From Callorhinchus milii (taxonomy: Eukaryota): a stretch of DNA of 64,000 nucleotides. Made by a program: the position numbers and the translations under genes. Below, one piece after another: positions 26,308 to 38,062 of this stretch. The stretch lies in assembly GCF_018977255.1 (NCBI RefSeq), contig NW_024704742.1:20896001-20960000 (forward strand), read 5' to 3'. Below the pieces are notes generated by a model that saw only the letters and a list, made by a program, of their open reading frames with translations, had not been told where the DNA came from and searched no databases. Each line of letters begins with the position of its first letter. Position 1 is the stretch's first letter.

Positions 26308-26547
26308 TAGTTCCCACAGCTAATATGGATTCTGCCTCAACCACTGTGCCCAACAAGCACTCCACATCCTGACAAACGTTTGTGTAAAAGATATTCAACG
26401 GTTTACGTCAGAGGACTGGGGCAGAGTAAAGAAATATTTTCTTCCCCTGCCCTTAAATTAGTTTGTGATAATCTTAAATGTGTGCCCTCTTGTTTCTGCT
26501 TTACCAACCAGTGGAAGTAATCTATTACTACTTACCCCATCATAACT

Positions 26548-27125
26548 AGCTCTTATCAGTTGTCAAATGACCAACTGGTGACTGTCAATCTGGTGGGAGG
26601 AGATAAGTGGGATCTCCTGAGAGCTGAGCTGCCTCCAAGATGACATGTTTGGCAATGAAATCTCTGATTCAAGCCAACTCCAGGGCACTGCTGATAACAG
26701 ACCAGTCAATCTGGCTCATCTGTAGGACTTGGAGGGACAGACCAGTCATTGGGAGCAGAGATTCTTTCCACTGAGTTCATGATCAAGTCGGGTGGTCCTA
26801 ACCAGACAAGCTGCAAGCTAAAGCCTTAACAAGTAGGGTGGTCCTAGCTGGTCAAGTTACCAAACAGTGCTCTCAAAGGCAAGCTAATTCATTTTTTCAG
26901 CAGTACCCCAATGCCCATTCTGGAGTTCCCACACATTGGCTTTTGTCAACTTGCATCTAATACTCTCCGGAATTAGGTAAACAGGGTGCGTCACTCCAGG
27001 GAGAGAGAGAGTGTACTTTCCTTTCCAGATACGGAAAAATCTCCATTTATAGGTGGCATGTCCATGTGTCTGGTTTGGATACTCTTTAGCATAGTGATGT
27101 GATGACACCTAGCTGACCCAAAGTA
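26548..27125 (+). mobile_element. Same RTE-X-like family, 5'-truncated copy
   Basis: Aligns by eye with 52800-53440 and shares the 3' end. Confidence 0.65.
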
Positions 27126-27327
27126 AAATAATTCTTTGTGATCTTGAAGATTTCACACCAGATCCCCTCTTAACCTTCTCCACTCCAGTCAATAAAAGTC
27201 TTCAAATACCTAAATACAGAAGTCTTGCTTTCCACTTTAATTTGGATTGTGAACTTTGCACAATTGGTTTCAGAGGCAGAGCTAACGGTTGCAATATGAA
27301 ACCATCAAAGCATAGTGCATATAAATA

Positions 27328-27552
27328 CAACAATCAACTTGCATTTATATAACGTCATTCACGAAGGGGAGCATCCCAGAGTGCTTGACAGTGGCGGAGT
27401 CTGACCCCAGGCCAGAGGGAGAGGGAGGTGACCATAAGTACGATCAAAATGGAAGGTCTTTAGGTGAGATTTGAAAGTGGGGATGGAGGGGGCAAGGCAG
27501 AGGGATTGAGGGAGGAAGTTCCAGAGCTTCGGGTCGTAATGGTTGAAAGCGA
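27328..27552 (-). mobile_element. L2 3' end
   Basis: AFNHYDPKLWNFLP..FKSHLKTFHF. Confidence 0.75.
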
Positions 27553-29073
27553 CTAAATAATAATGAACTGAGCAATAAAAAGAAAAACTCCAAAATACTG
27601 CAATTCTGAAATAAAAACATGAAAACAGAAAATGCTTCAAATGCACGGAGGGGGGATGGAATCAGTCTGTAGATAAACGACTCTTCATCTTCATCCCAAC
27701 TGAAACAACTTCAGCATTTGCAGTCACTAAGAGAAAACCACTTACTGCCTCTTCTGCAACAGTCACTGAAATAAGATGTAAGAATGTGAATCAACATCAA
27801 ATGACTTCTTAAAAATCAATGAACTAACAGCATAGACACATAGAGATCTACAGTACAGAAGGAGGCCATTCAGCCCAACGATTCTGCACCATCTCACAGA
27901 GCATGGGGATCATTTCAATCCCATCATCCCACCTTATCCATACCCCTCCAAGCCTGGCTGCGCTGTCATCAGAGTTTAGAGATGTGGACCACAACATAAG
28001 GACTAAACACAGCGGAATTTGTTACTACTAAAACATGCAATGAAAGCAACCATGCAGCAATTACACTAAATAGCCAATTATCTACTGCAGTTGCAACCTT
28101 TACACTGCAAAGAGAAATATCGTTCACATCAAAATAAGAAAAATACACAGGGAAAATAAAACACAAAGTCAGTTAGGCAGCAATGTAGAGAAAATATTTT
28201 CACACTCAATTTGTGGGTATTCCTTAAATCACTGCTAAACACAAGCAATGTGTTATGGAATAAGAAACTATATGATCCCTCGGGCATCATTAACCAGCCA
28301 GAAAAAGGATGGTGGGGGGGAGGGGGGTTTGAAACAAAGTCCAATAGCACTCCTGGCTCGACTGTCATCCAATGACTCCTGCTGCACAGTACATGTATAT
28401 TGATTAGGGCGAGGATAGAATTATATTCAGCTTTCACTGTACTGTGAAACAGCCTGCAGACATTCAATGTGTAAACACATCATGTAGATTGGCTACGTGA
28501 GTGAAGTACTGGAAGCTTTTAGACCTGCATACTAGATGGATTGAACGTATTCAGGCGAGGAAGCCAGGAATAGAAGGGAATGAGAAAACTATAAAAAATG
28601 AACCTTACATTCATGCCACACCCTACCATTGCGCCTCCAACCTGGTCGTTAAATTCACTCAGCGAGCACCGGCCTATTTGTTCCACCTCACCATCGGCAG
28701 GCAGCCATCCCAGAGTCCCTCTGCCTCGCACCCTCCCTCCTCCCCTCTTTGAACCTAAGTCTCAAAACGTACCTCTTTGACCACGCTCTCAGGTATCTTT
28801 CCCTTCTCCAACCCCCAATTCAGGTGCTCTCCCAGCACTGAGAATGCGCTCTTGGACACAATATGAAATGGGTTATCTTAAATGTAAAGATTATACATTT
28901 CATTACGTTGTCTTTTTCGATCACAAAATAAGTTAAATATTCCAGAATTGCGGATTTCCACTAATACAAAATCAATATTGTGTCTACTGGATAGAACTAC
29001 TCATTCAAACAAATTTCAAGAAAAACAATATCAGGAAATTTGTTCATAAAACTTCTCTGCAATGAACACTCAC

Positions 29074-29702
29074 CTATCTGATGAAGAGTCTTCAGACGAA
29101 GAGCTATCTTCACTTTCCTTTACTTCATTTTCTTCCGCCTCAACCACACCAGCTTGCACAGTAACGAAAACGTGTGAAACGTCCGTGTCCTGCTCGGACT
29201 GTTGCCCCTCTGTATTAGCGCGGTTATGGCATGTCAGCAGTGAGTTTTCAAACGATAACGTCTCCAGTTGGGCAGATACGGTAACCTCCATCTCCTCATG
29301 CTCAGGCACCTGGCTCGGCAAAGGTGCATTGACACCCGTATCAGCACAATTCCCCGAAACGCTGATCTTGTCTGATTTAGCAAAGTCATTCCTATTCTCT
29401 TCAACAGTTTCGGATTGTGTGCAAGACATGTTGCCATTAATTTCACTTGAAGTGCACCGTGGAGAATGAACACCTAGCTGATGCTGAACTTGAGAATCTT
29501 GCTGTTTTGTCAAATTAGCAACAGAGGCTAATTCACCTTTGTGTGCCTGAGTGCACGATTCGGCTGCTGGCAGGTCTTCCTGTTCGGCAGCCACATTATT
29601 ATTGCCTTCCATCAGCAAACTGCTTTCTAAGATAATTCCCTTCTCAACCGTGTCTGGCTGTGGAGATAGCTGGATATCTGCGTCAATCCCTTGTTCTGCC
29701 AT
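29074..29702 (-). CDS. NAF1: NAF1 (H/ACA RNP assembly factor) first coding exon, acidic disordered N-terminus; the exon starts at 29720
   Basis: 210-codon ORF with an internal MEVTVSAQLETLSFEN that resembles the mammalian NAF1 N-terminus (MEVVEAAAAQLETLKFN, from recall). Ends in a Ser/Asp/Glu tract. Acceptor ttttgttttccaag at 29721, donor AG|gtgagt at 29074/29073 (phase 2). In-frame TGA two codons upstream of the ATG. Confidence 0.85.
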
Positions 29703-31511
29703 TCTTCATCACCATCAAATCTTGGAAAACAAAAGTGTGGCAATTACAAACACATTCAAACAAGAAACAAACTGTTGCTTTATAAATAGTATTCACTGCA
29801 AAAAAAGGACCATCTTAAGCCCATGACAAAATAATCTTAGATATTTTGTAAAAATGCATGTCATCTTATAGTATCTCATTTTCCTAACCGAAGGCTAAAA
29901 TGCAGGGCTTCGGCTGTAGTATCCATATTCTAAAATGGAATTATGCTATATATAGATACCATGGGAGATTCATACACAACCCATTTGCCCACAAAATAGT
30001 CACTCCACTTTACACCATATCCTATGAGGTGCTTCAAGACATCTCCTGACACGAACGGCACTAAATCAAACGCAAGGATCATTATTATTATTATTATTAA
30101 ATAAGCAACATGCACTTATCTGTGTTTGCAATTAGAAGCACGAGGTGCGAGCATTGAGCAACTCTGTTTAACGTGGTTCTCTGGGTTGCCCTGTAATTCC
30201 ATCATAGCTGGTACCAAATAGTAAATCACATGTAATGAGTGAATTGCATTGACAAAAAGGAAATGTAAGCTGTAGTGTCTGTGCAATTGTCGTCCAAAAC
30301 TCAGCCAGACTATATTACCAAGATTTAAAAAATCAATTAAAAAACATTGAGATCCCATGACACTATTAGAAAAGTTTAAGTTTCTCCCTGTGACCGGACT
30401 ACCAATTCTCCAGATAAAATTTGTTATTCATTTAATAATAATCCTTATATTTGGTGTTGCACCTTTCCAGTCAAGTGGACATCCATATACTGCATATACT
30501 GCATATACTGTATATACTGTATATACTGTAAAGCGGGGTTACTGGGTGTTTTTTGGGCGAACGCGGCAGACAATTTGCAAATCGCAATGTCCCATAAACA
30601 GCAATGGAGTGAATGACCAATTTTATTTGGGGGATTGTTGGCCAGGGAGAAAACTCCCTTCTCTTTACAAATTGTGCCATGGATCCACCTGATCAGGTAG
30701 ACAGGACCTCAGTTTAATGCCTCATCCAAAGGATATTGTTGTGTGAAACTGGCTGCCATGTTGACCTACAAATATAAAATCTTGTGCAGTGCTTGGTGCT
30801 GTGGAATCAATGTAAAATGGGAATCTCATACAGACTGCTTCCAAACTCTAGCAAAATCAATTATAGCCTGATGAAGAATGAAAAGTTTGATAGAACCAGC
30901 AAACAGCAAGTGTGAGACATTGATTAAAAACTGTGTGGTCTTGCCAGTACGAGGCTCCTCAGACAATATTGCAGAACATTTCCTTGAAGCAGTTTATTTA
31001 AGACAGAAGACTTCCATCAGGATATCTTGATTGAACAACTGAACATTTACAGCTAGCAAACCAATGTTCCCTGACTGAGAATGAGATGAACTGGGCTGCA
31101 TTGATTAACACTTTCATCACGAAATGGAACCCAACAAAATGCAAACATTTAGTAACAATCCCCAAATCAGAAGCAATGAGGACACTCCACTCAATACAAA
31201 CTGGACCTGTGTGTATCTCTCTCTATATACTTCTCTCTGTGAATCACTGTCGCTCTCTCTCTCTGCACTCTCTCTCTCTCCCCGCATCTCTCTCTCTCTG
31301 CGTGTGTATTACACTATCTGTATCTCTCTTCCTCTTCACATCACTTTCTCTCTATATCGCTGTCTCTTTGTGTATATCACTCACTGTGACTATCACTCTC
31401 TATCTCTCTGTGTATCTCACTCTCTCCCTGTATCTCATTCTCTCGCTCTCTCTGTTTATCTCTCGCGCTCTCACTCACTTTTGCTCTGCGTGTCTTTCAC
31501 TCTCTCTCTCT

Positions 31512-31858
31512 GTGTAGCTCAGCGGTTAGAGCACCCGCCTCGCAAGCGAGAGACCTGAGTTTGTTTCCCGGCAGGGTGAAATACTGGGCAAGTTTCCTTA
31601 CTTCACACGCTTCCATTTACCTAGTAGTATGTATGTAGGAACCCGGTTGTTATTCGATTGGCAGATTGCTTTTCCAGGGATAATTCCTTAAAAAAAAATT
31701 GGTCACTTCAATTGTTTGTGGGACACTGCTGTGAGCAATTGGCTGCTGATCTCGCCCACAAAATATGCAGTCAATTCACTTTACAGTATGTTCTGTGACG
31801 AGTCTTGAGACGTATCGAAAATGTGATAAGACGCTATATCAAAAACAAGTATTATTAT
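31512..31858 (+). mobile_element. SINE, longer subfamily with CGC anticodon-like loop
   Basis: gtagctcagcggttagagcacccgcctcgcaagcgagagacctgag... Confidence 0.82.
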
Positions 31859-32477
31859 CTCACTCTCTCCCACTGTGTGTATCTCTATCTCACCGTGCAT
31901 ATCACTCTCTCTCTCTATCTCATCATGTGTTTCACTCATTCTCTTTCAGTGTGTTTCTCTCTCTCACTTTATGTATCACTCACACCTTCTCACACTGTAT
32001 CACTCACTCAGTCACTCTCCCGCACCCTGTGTATCACTCTCTCTCTGCGTATCACTCAATCGCTCTCTCTCACACTGTGTGTGTGTCTACCTCCATGTAA
32101 GTGTACCTATCTCTGTGTGTGTGTGTGTCACTGTGTGTTTGTGTGTATCACTGTGTTTGTGTATCACTGTGTGTGTGTATATATCATAGTGTGTATCATT
32201 GTGTGTGTGTGTATCATTGTGTGTATCACTGTGTTTGTGTATCACTGTGTGTGTGTATATATCATAGTGTGTATCATTGTGTGTGTATCACTGGGTGTAT
32301 CAATGAGTGTGTTATCACTGTGTGTGTATGTATCACTGTGTATGTATATATCGCTGTATGTGTAACTGTGTGTATAACTCTCACCTCTCACTGTGTGTGT
32401 ATATCACTGTGTGTGCATAACTCTCACCTCTCATGTGTGTATGTGTATATCACTGTGTGTATATCATTGTATATCAC

Positions 32478-33035
32478 AGAATGTCTGTCAGACATCAAAT
32501 CCTAGATGAGAGCTAACTTTCTTCACATGAACAAGACCGAAGCTCTCCTGATTGACTGACAACATCACCATCCATGGTTGCACACTCCACCTTGCTAAGC
32601 CAGTCCAGAACTTTGGGGTCTTGTTTGACCCTCAACTATCCTTTCTACCCCACATCTGCGCCATGACCCGCTCTGCCTTCCCCCACCTCCGCAACGTTGC
32701 CCGGCTCCGACATTGTCTCTCACCGCAGGTCACCGAAACCCTCATACACGCCTTCATTACATCGAGGCTCGACTATGTAAACTCACTGCTTGTCGGCCTC
32801 TCCAACTCCTTCCTCCACAGGCTGCAGATCATCCAGAACTCTGCAGCCGGTGTCCTCTCCAGCACTAGGCTCCAGGACCCTATCACCCCCATCCTTGCCC
32901 AACTCCACTGGCTTCCCATCACACAGAGGATACAGTTCAAGATCCTGGTCCTCATCTTCAAAGCCCTCTACGGTCTCGCTCCCCCCTACTTCTGCGCCTC
33001 CTAACTCCTACCATCCTGTTCGCTTTCTCCGCTCA
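32478..33035 (+). mobile_element. L2 fragment, same subfamily as 15995-16590
   Basis: ETLIHAFITSRLDYVNSLLVGL...LQIIQNSAA...LHWLPI. Confidence 0.93.
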
Positions 33036-33467
33036 GTGTATTAATGTGTGTGTGTATCACTGTGTGTGTGTATATCACTGTGTGTACATGTGTATCATGT
33101 GTGTATGTATCACGTTGTGTGTATAACTCTCACCTCTCACTGTGTGTGTATCACTGTGTGTGTGTGTATCACAGTGTGTGTGTGTATCACTGTGTGTGTA
33201 TCATGCTGTATGTGTATCACTATGTGTGTGTGTATATCAGTGTGTGTGTGTATCGCAGTGTGTGTGTAACTCTCACCTCTCACTAAGTGTGTATATCATT
33301 GTGTGTGTATATCAGTGTGTGCATTATTGTGTGTGTGTATCATGGTGTGTATCAGAGTGTATTAATGTGTGTGTGTATCACTGTGTGTGCATGTGTATCA
33401 TGGTATGTGTGTATCCAGTGAGTGTGTATATCAGTGTGTGTTTGTGTATCATGGTGTTTGTGTATCA

Positions 33468-34116
33468 CCCCTCACGCTGCTGAAACCCTGGTTTACGCCT
33501 TTATCACCTCAAGGTTGGACTATGGGAACTCTCTCCTCGCCGGCCTTCCCGGCACCTCCCTCCACAAGCTGCAGGTCATTCAGAACTCTGCAGCTCGTGT
33601 ACTGTCCCGCACCAGGCTTCGGGACCACATCACTCCCACCCTCGCTCGCCTCCACTGGCTCCCATCCCCCAGAGGATTGATTTCAAGATCCTCATCCTCA
33701 CCTACAAGGCCATTCACGGCCTCGCTCCCTCCTACCTCTCTGACCTACTATCCCCCTACCTACCTGCCCGTACCCTCCCTTCCTCTGGCTCCGGTCTGCT
33801 CCACGTCCCCGCCCCAATCGCCCTACCATCGGTGGTCGGGCCTTCAGCCTCTCAGCCCCCAGGCTCTGGAACTCCATCCCCCAGTGCCTTCGCCGCCTCC
33901 TCCCTTTCCTCCTTCAAGGCCGGTCTCAAAACCTTTCTCTTTGACCGAGCCTTCAGCTCCCCTCTCGACTCTCTTCCCCTCCTCGCTCCCTCCCTTCCCT
34001 CCCCTCACCCTGACCATTTCCCCCTGCTCGGGTCATGACCCAACTGTGCAGCGCCTTGGGACGTCCTCCTGACGTGAAAGGCGCTTTATAAATGGAATCT
34101 TGTTGTTGTTGTTGTT
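33468..34116 (+). mobile_element. L2 3' fragment with (TTG)n tail
   Basis: AFITSRLDYGNSLLAGLP...LHWLP, then gacgtgaaaggcgctttataaatgg. Confidence 0.93.
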
Positions 34117-34137
34117 GTGTGTGTGTGTATCACTGTC

Positions 34138-35220
34138 TCGTGCAGTGTTCCTCAGGGCTCTGTCCTCGGACCCCTCCTCTTCACCCTCTACATGCTCCCC
34201 CTTAGTGACGTCATCTGCAGACATGGGGTAAATTTCCACATGTATGTGGATGACACCCAACTCTATCTCTCTGCCTCCACCCTCAACTTCAGGACTACTG
34301 GCGTCCTGACCGACTGCCTGTCCAACATCAAGTCCTGGATGAGGGACAACTTTCTCGAACTCAATGTAAGACCGAGGCCCTCCTGATTGGCTCACGCCAG
34401 CACCTCCGCACCTCAGGCGCTGGCAGCATCAGCCTCCACGGCTGCACCTCAACCTCACTAAGCCAGTCAGGAACCTGGGTATCTTGTTTGTCCCTGAACT
34501 GTCCTTTCTCTCCCATATTCGCACCATGACTGGCACTGCCTACCACCACCTCCGCAATATTGCCAGACTCCGCCACTGCCTCACCCCTCAGGCTGCCGAA
34601 ACCCTCACCCACGCGTTCGTCACCTCACGGCTCGATTACAGGAACTCCCTCCTCATCGGCCTTCCCAACGCTTCCCTTCACAAACTGCAGATCATCCACG
34701 AGCTCTGCAGCTCGTGTACTCTCATGCAACAGGCTCCGTGACCCCATCACTCCCACCCTCGCCCGACCCCACTGGCTCCCCATCCCCCAGAGGATCGAGT
34801 TCAAGATCCTCGTCCTCACCTTTAAGGCCATCCATGGCCTTGCCCCCTTCTACCTCTCTGACCTGCTGACTCCCTACCAACCGGCCCACTCCCTCCATTC
34901 ATCAGGCTCCGGTCTGCTCCATGTCTCCCGCCCGACCCGCTCTACCATCGGTGGCCGGGCTTTCAGCCTCTCTGCCCCCACACTCTGGAACTCCATCCCA
35001 TGGTCCCTTCACCTCGCTTCCTCCCTTGCCTCCTTCAAGGCCGGTCTCAAGAACCTTATCTTTGATCGTGCCTTTGATCGCTCTCCCACCTCTCTGCCTT
35101 CCCTCTCCCCTACACCACCCCTCCCCCATGCTCGGGCCCCGACACCTGACTGTTCAGCGCTTTGGAAAGTCCTCCTGACGTGAAAGGCGCTCTATAAATG
35201 TAATTTTGTTGTTGTTGTTG
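34138..35220 (+). mobile_element. L2 3' fragment with (TTG)n tail
   Basis: [20 protein letters not shown] through to the 3' terminal motif. Confidence 0.93.
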
Positions 35221-36350
35221 TATCACGGTGTATGTGTATGTGTATTACGGTGTGTGTGTATATATATCACTGTATGTGTGTATATTAGTGTGTGTTTGTG
35301 TCTATCAGTGTGTGTGTATCACGGTATGTGTGTGTATATCAGTGTGTGTGTATCACAGTGTATGTGTGTGTGTATCACGTGTGTGTACATATATATCACT
35401 ATGTGTGTGTGTGTATATCAACGTGTACATCATGGTGTATGTGTGTATCACAGTGTGTGTATAACTCTCACCTCTCACTGTGTGTGTGTATATCATTGTA
35501 TGTGTATATCAATGTGTGCATTATTGTGTGTGTGTGTATCACAGTGTGTATGTATATCATTGAGTGTATGTATCACAGTGTGTGTGTATATCACTCCGTG
35601 TGTGTGTGTATCACGGTGTGTGTGTATATCACTCCGTGTGTGTGTATCACGGTGTGTGTATATCACTCCGTGTGTGTGTATCACGGTGTGTGTGTATATC
35701 ACTGTGTATGTGTGTATATCACTGTGTGTGTGGGTATCAGTTTATGTGTGTATCAGTGTGTGAGTGTATCACAGTGTGTGTGTGTGTGTCACGGTGTGTG
35801 TGTGACGGTGTGTGTGTGGGTCTGTGTCACGGTGCATGTGTGTGTGTGTGGGTCTGTGTCACGGTGTGTGTGTGTGTGATGGTGTGTGTGTGTGTGTGAT
35901 GGTGTGTGTGTGGGGGTCTATGTCATGGTGTGTGTGTGGGTCTGTGTCACGGTGTGTGTGTGTGACGGTGTGTGTGTGTGTGACGGTGTGTGTGGGTCTG
36001 TGTCACGGTGTGTGTGTGTGTGACGGTGTGTGTGTGACGGTGTGTGTGACGGTGTGTGTGTGTGTGATGGTGTGTGTGTGTATGACGGTGTGTGTGGGTC
36101 TGTGTGATGGTGTGTGTGTGTGTGTGTGACGGTGTGTGTGTGTGTGTGACGGTGTGTGTGTGGGTCTGTGTCACGGTGTGTGTGTGTGTGTGTGACGGTG
36201 TGTGTGGGTCTGTGTGACGGTGTGTGTGGGTCTGTGTGACGGTGTGTGTGTGTGTGTGTGTATGTGACGGTGTGTGTGTGTGACGGTGTGTGTGTGGGTC
36301 TGTGTGACGGTGTGTGTGTGGGTCTGTGTGACGGTGTGTGTGTGTGTGTA
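35220..36350. repeat. GT-rich compound satellite (tatcac/gtgt units grading into gtgtgggtctgtgtcacggtgtgt/gtgacg units)
   Basis: Direct inspection. Confidence 0.95.
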
Positions 36351-36358
36351 ACACTCAC

Positions 36359-36480
36359 CTCTCACGCGGTCGGTCCCGGTCCACACGCGGCGTCGCTCGG
36401 GGCGCACGTCGTAACGTCACACGCAAACGCCCCGTCACACAGGTGGTGGGAGGAGGCAGGAGGCGGCGCGCGCACCTCCC
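36359..36480 (-). other. NAF1: Probable non-coding first exon of NAF1 (transcription start not determined)
   Basis: Consensus donor GAG|GTGAGT at 36359/36358 at the edge of a CpG island, in the correct orientation 6.6 kb upstream of the first coding exon. No ATG in this segment. Confidence 0.6.
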
Positions 36481-36720
36481 GCGTCACAGTGACGGCCTCG
36501 TTGCCGGCGCGCGGGGCCCGAGAGTGACGCGTACAGTGGGGGCCGCGCCTCCAGAGCACAGCACAGCGCAGCGGCCCTGTGCCCGGGGGGAGGGCACAGC
36601 ACAGCGGCCCTGTGCCCGGGGGGAGGGGAGAGCACAGCACAGCGGCCCTGTGCCCGGGGGGAGGGCACAGCACAGCGGCCCTGTGCCGGGGGGGGGGGGA
36701 GGGGAGCAGCCGGAAACAGC
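36360..36720. promoter_or_regulatory. CpG island / NAF1 promoter
   Basis: Densest CpG/GC-rich unique stretch in the window (cgcggcgtcgctcggggcgcacg..., ggcggcgcgcgc), with several CGTCAC/GTGACG CRE-half-site-like motifs. Confidence 0.75.
36557..36705. repeat. GC-rich VNTR, about 4 x 30-38 bp (cacagcacagcggccctgtgccc-Gn-aggg)
   Basis: Four visible tandem units with variable G-runs. Confidence 0.9.
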
Positions 36721-36796
36721 ACTGTGATTAACAGACAACAACAACAACGACATTACACTTGTAAATTGCCTTTCACGCCAAGAGGTTGTCCCGAGG

Positions 36797-37565
36797 CACA
36801 GACACACACACACACCGTGACACAGACCCCCACACACACCATCACACACACACACCGTGACACAGACCCCCACACACCGTCACACACACACACCGTGACA
36901 CAGACCCCCACACACACACCGTGACACAGACCCCCACACACACACCGTGACACAGACCCCCACACACACCGTGACACAGACCCCCACACACACCATCACA
37001 CACACACACCGTGACACACCCCCACACACACCGTCACACAGACCCCCACACACACACCGTGACACACCCCCACACACACCATCACACACATACCGTGACA
37101 CAGACCCCCACACACACCGTCACACAGACCCCCACACACCGTCACACAGACCCCATCACACAGACCCCCACACACACCGTCACACAGACCCCCACACACC
37201 GTCACACAGACCCCATCACACAGACCCCCACACACACCGTCACACAGACCCACACACACCATCACACACACACACCGTGACACAGACCCCCACACACACA
37301 CCGTGACACAGACCCCCACACACACCGTGACACAGACCCCCACACACACCATCACACACACACACCGTGACACACCCCCACACACACCGTCACACAGACC
37401 CCCACACACACACCGTGACACACCCCCACACACACCATCACACACATACCGTGACACAGACCCCCACACACACCGTCACACAGACCCCATCACACAGACC
37501 CCCACACACACCGTCACACAGACCCACACACACCATCACACACACACACCGTGACACAGACCCAA
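36797..37565. repeat. CA-rich minisatellite (cacaccgtgacacagacccccaca), the reverse complement of the array at about 35790-36350
   Basis: Direct inspection of the units. Confidence 0.95.
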
Positions 37566-38062
37566 GGAGGACGCTGGGGTGTCAGGACCCGAGCATGGTG
37601 GGGGGGGGGGGTGGGTGTAGCGGGGCAGGGTTGGGATGAGGGAGGGCACGGAGCGGGCGGGGGAGGGAGGCCGAATGCATGGTCAAAAAGGAGGGTCTTG
37701 AGTCGTACCTTGAAGGAGGCGGGAGGGAGGGATGGAGGGAGCGAGGTGAAGGGATTGTGGAATGGAGTTCCAAAGCGTGGGGCCAGAGAGACCTGGAGCA
37801 GGCCAGAGCCCGCTGAACGGAGGGAGCGGACGAGCTAATTGGGGATCAGCAGGTCAGAGATGCAGGAGGAGGCGAGGCCAGGGAGGTCTTTAAAGTTGAG
37901 GACCAGGATCTTGAACTGTATCATCTGATGGGGAACCAGTGGGCGAGGGCGGGTGTGATGGGGTCACGGAGCCTGGTGCGGGAGAGGACACAAGCTGCAA
38001 AGTTCTGGATGATCTGCAGCTTGTGGATCGAAAAGTTGGGGAGGCCGGAAGGAGGGAGTTTC
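37562..38062 (-). mobile_element. L2 3' fragment
   Basis: Reverse complement of the L2 C-terminal/3' UTR region. Confidence 0.85.

Larger units (their letters stand above)
31205..33467. repeat. CT/GT low-complexity satellite (tatcactctc / tatcactgtgtg) interrupted by a SINE and an L2
   Basis: Direct inspection: 31205-31512, 31860-32478 and 33045-33467. Confidence 0.9.

Noticed and set aside
30485..30530. (atatactgy)5 tandem repeat
   Set aside because: Ordinary slippage expansion inside a SINE copy.
36557..37565. Regularly spaced repeats as a CRISPR-like array
   Set aside because: No unique spacers, no cas genes and a eukaryotic context. These are simple VNTRs.
31086..37639. Many 100-200-aa Cys/Val-rich or His/Thr-rich ORFs
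   Set aside because: They are translations of GT/CA/CT satellites, open in several frames on both strands.
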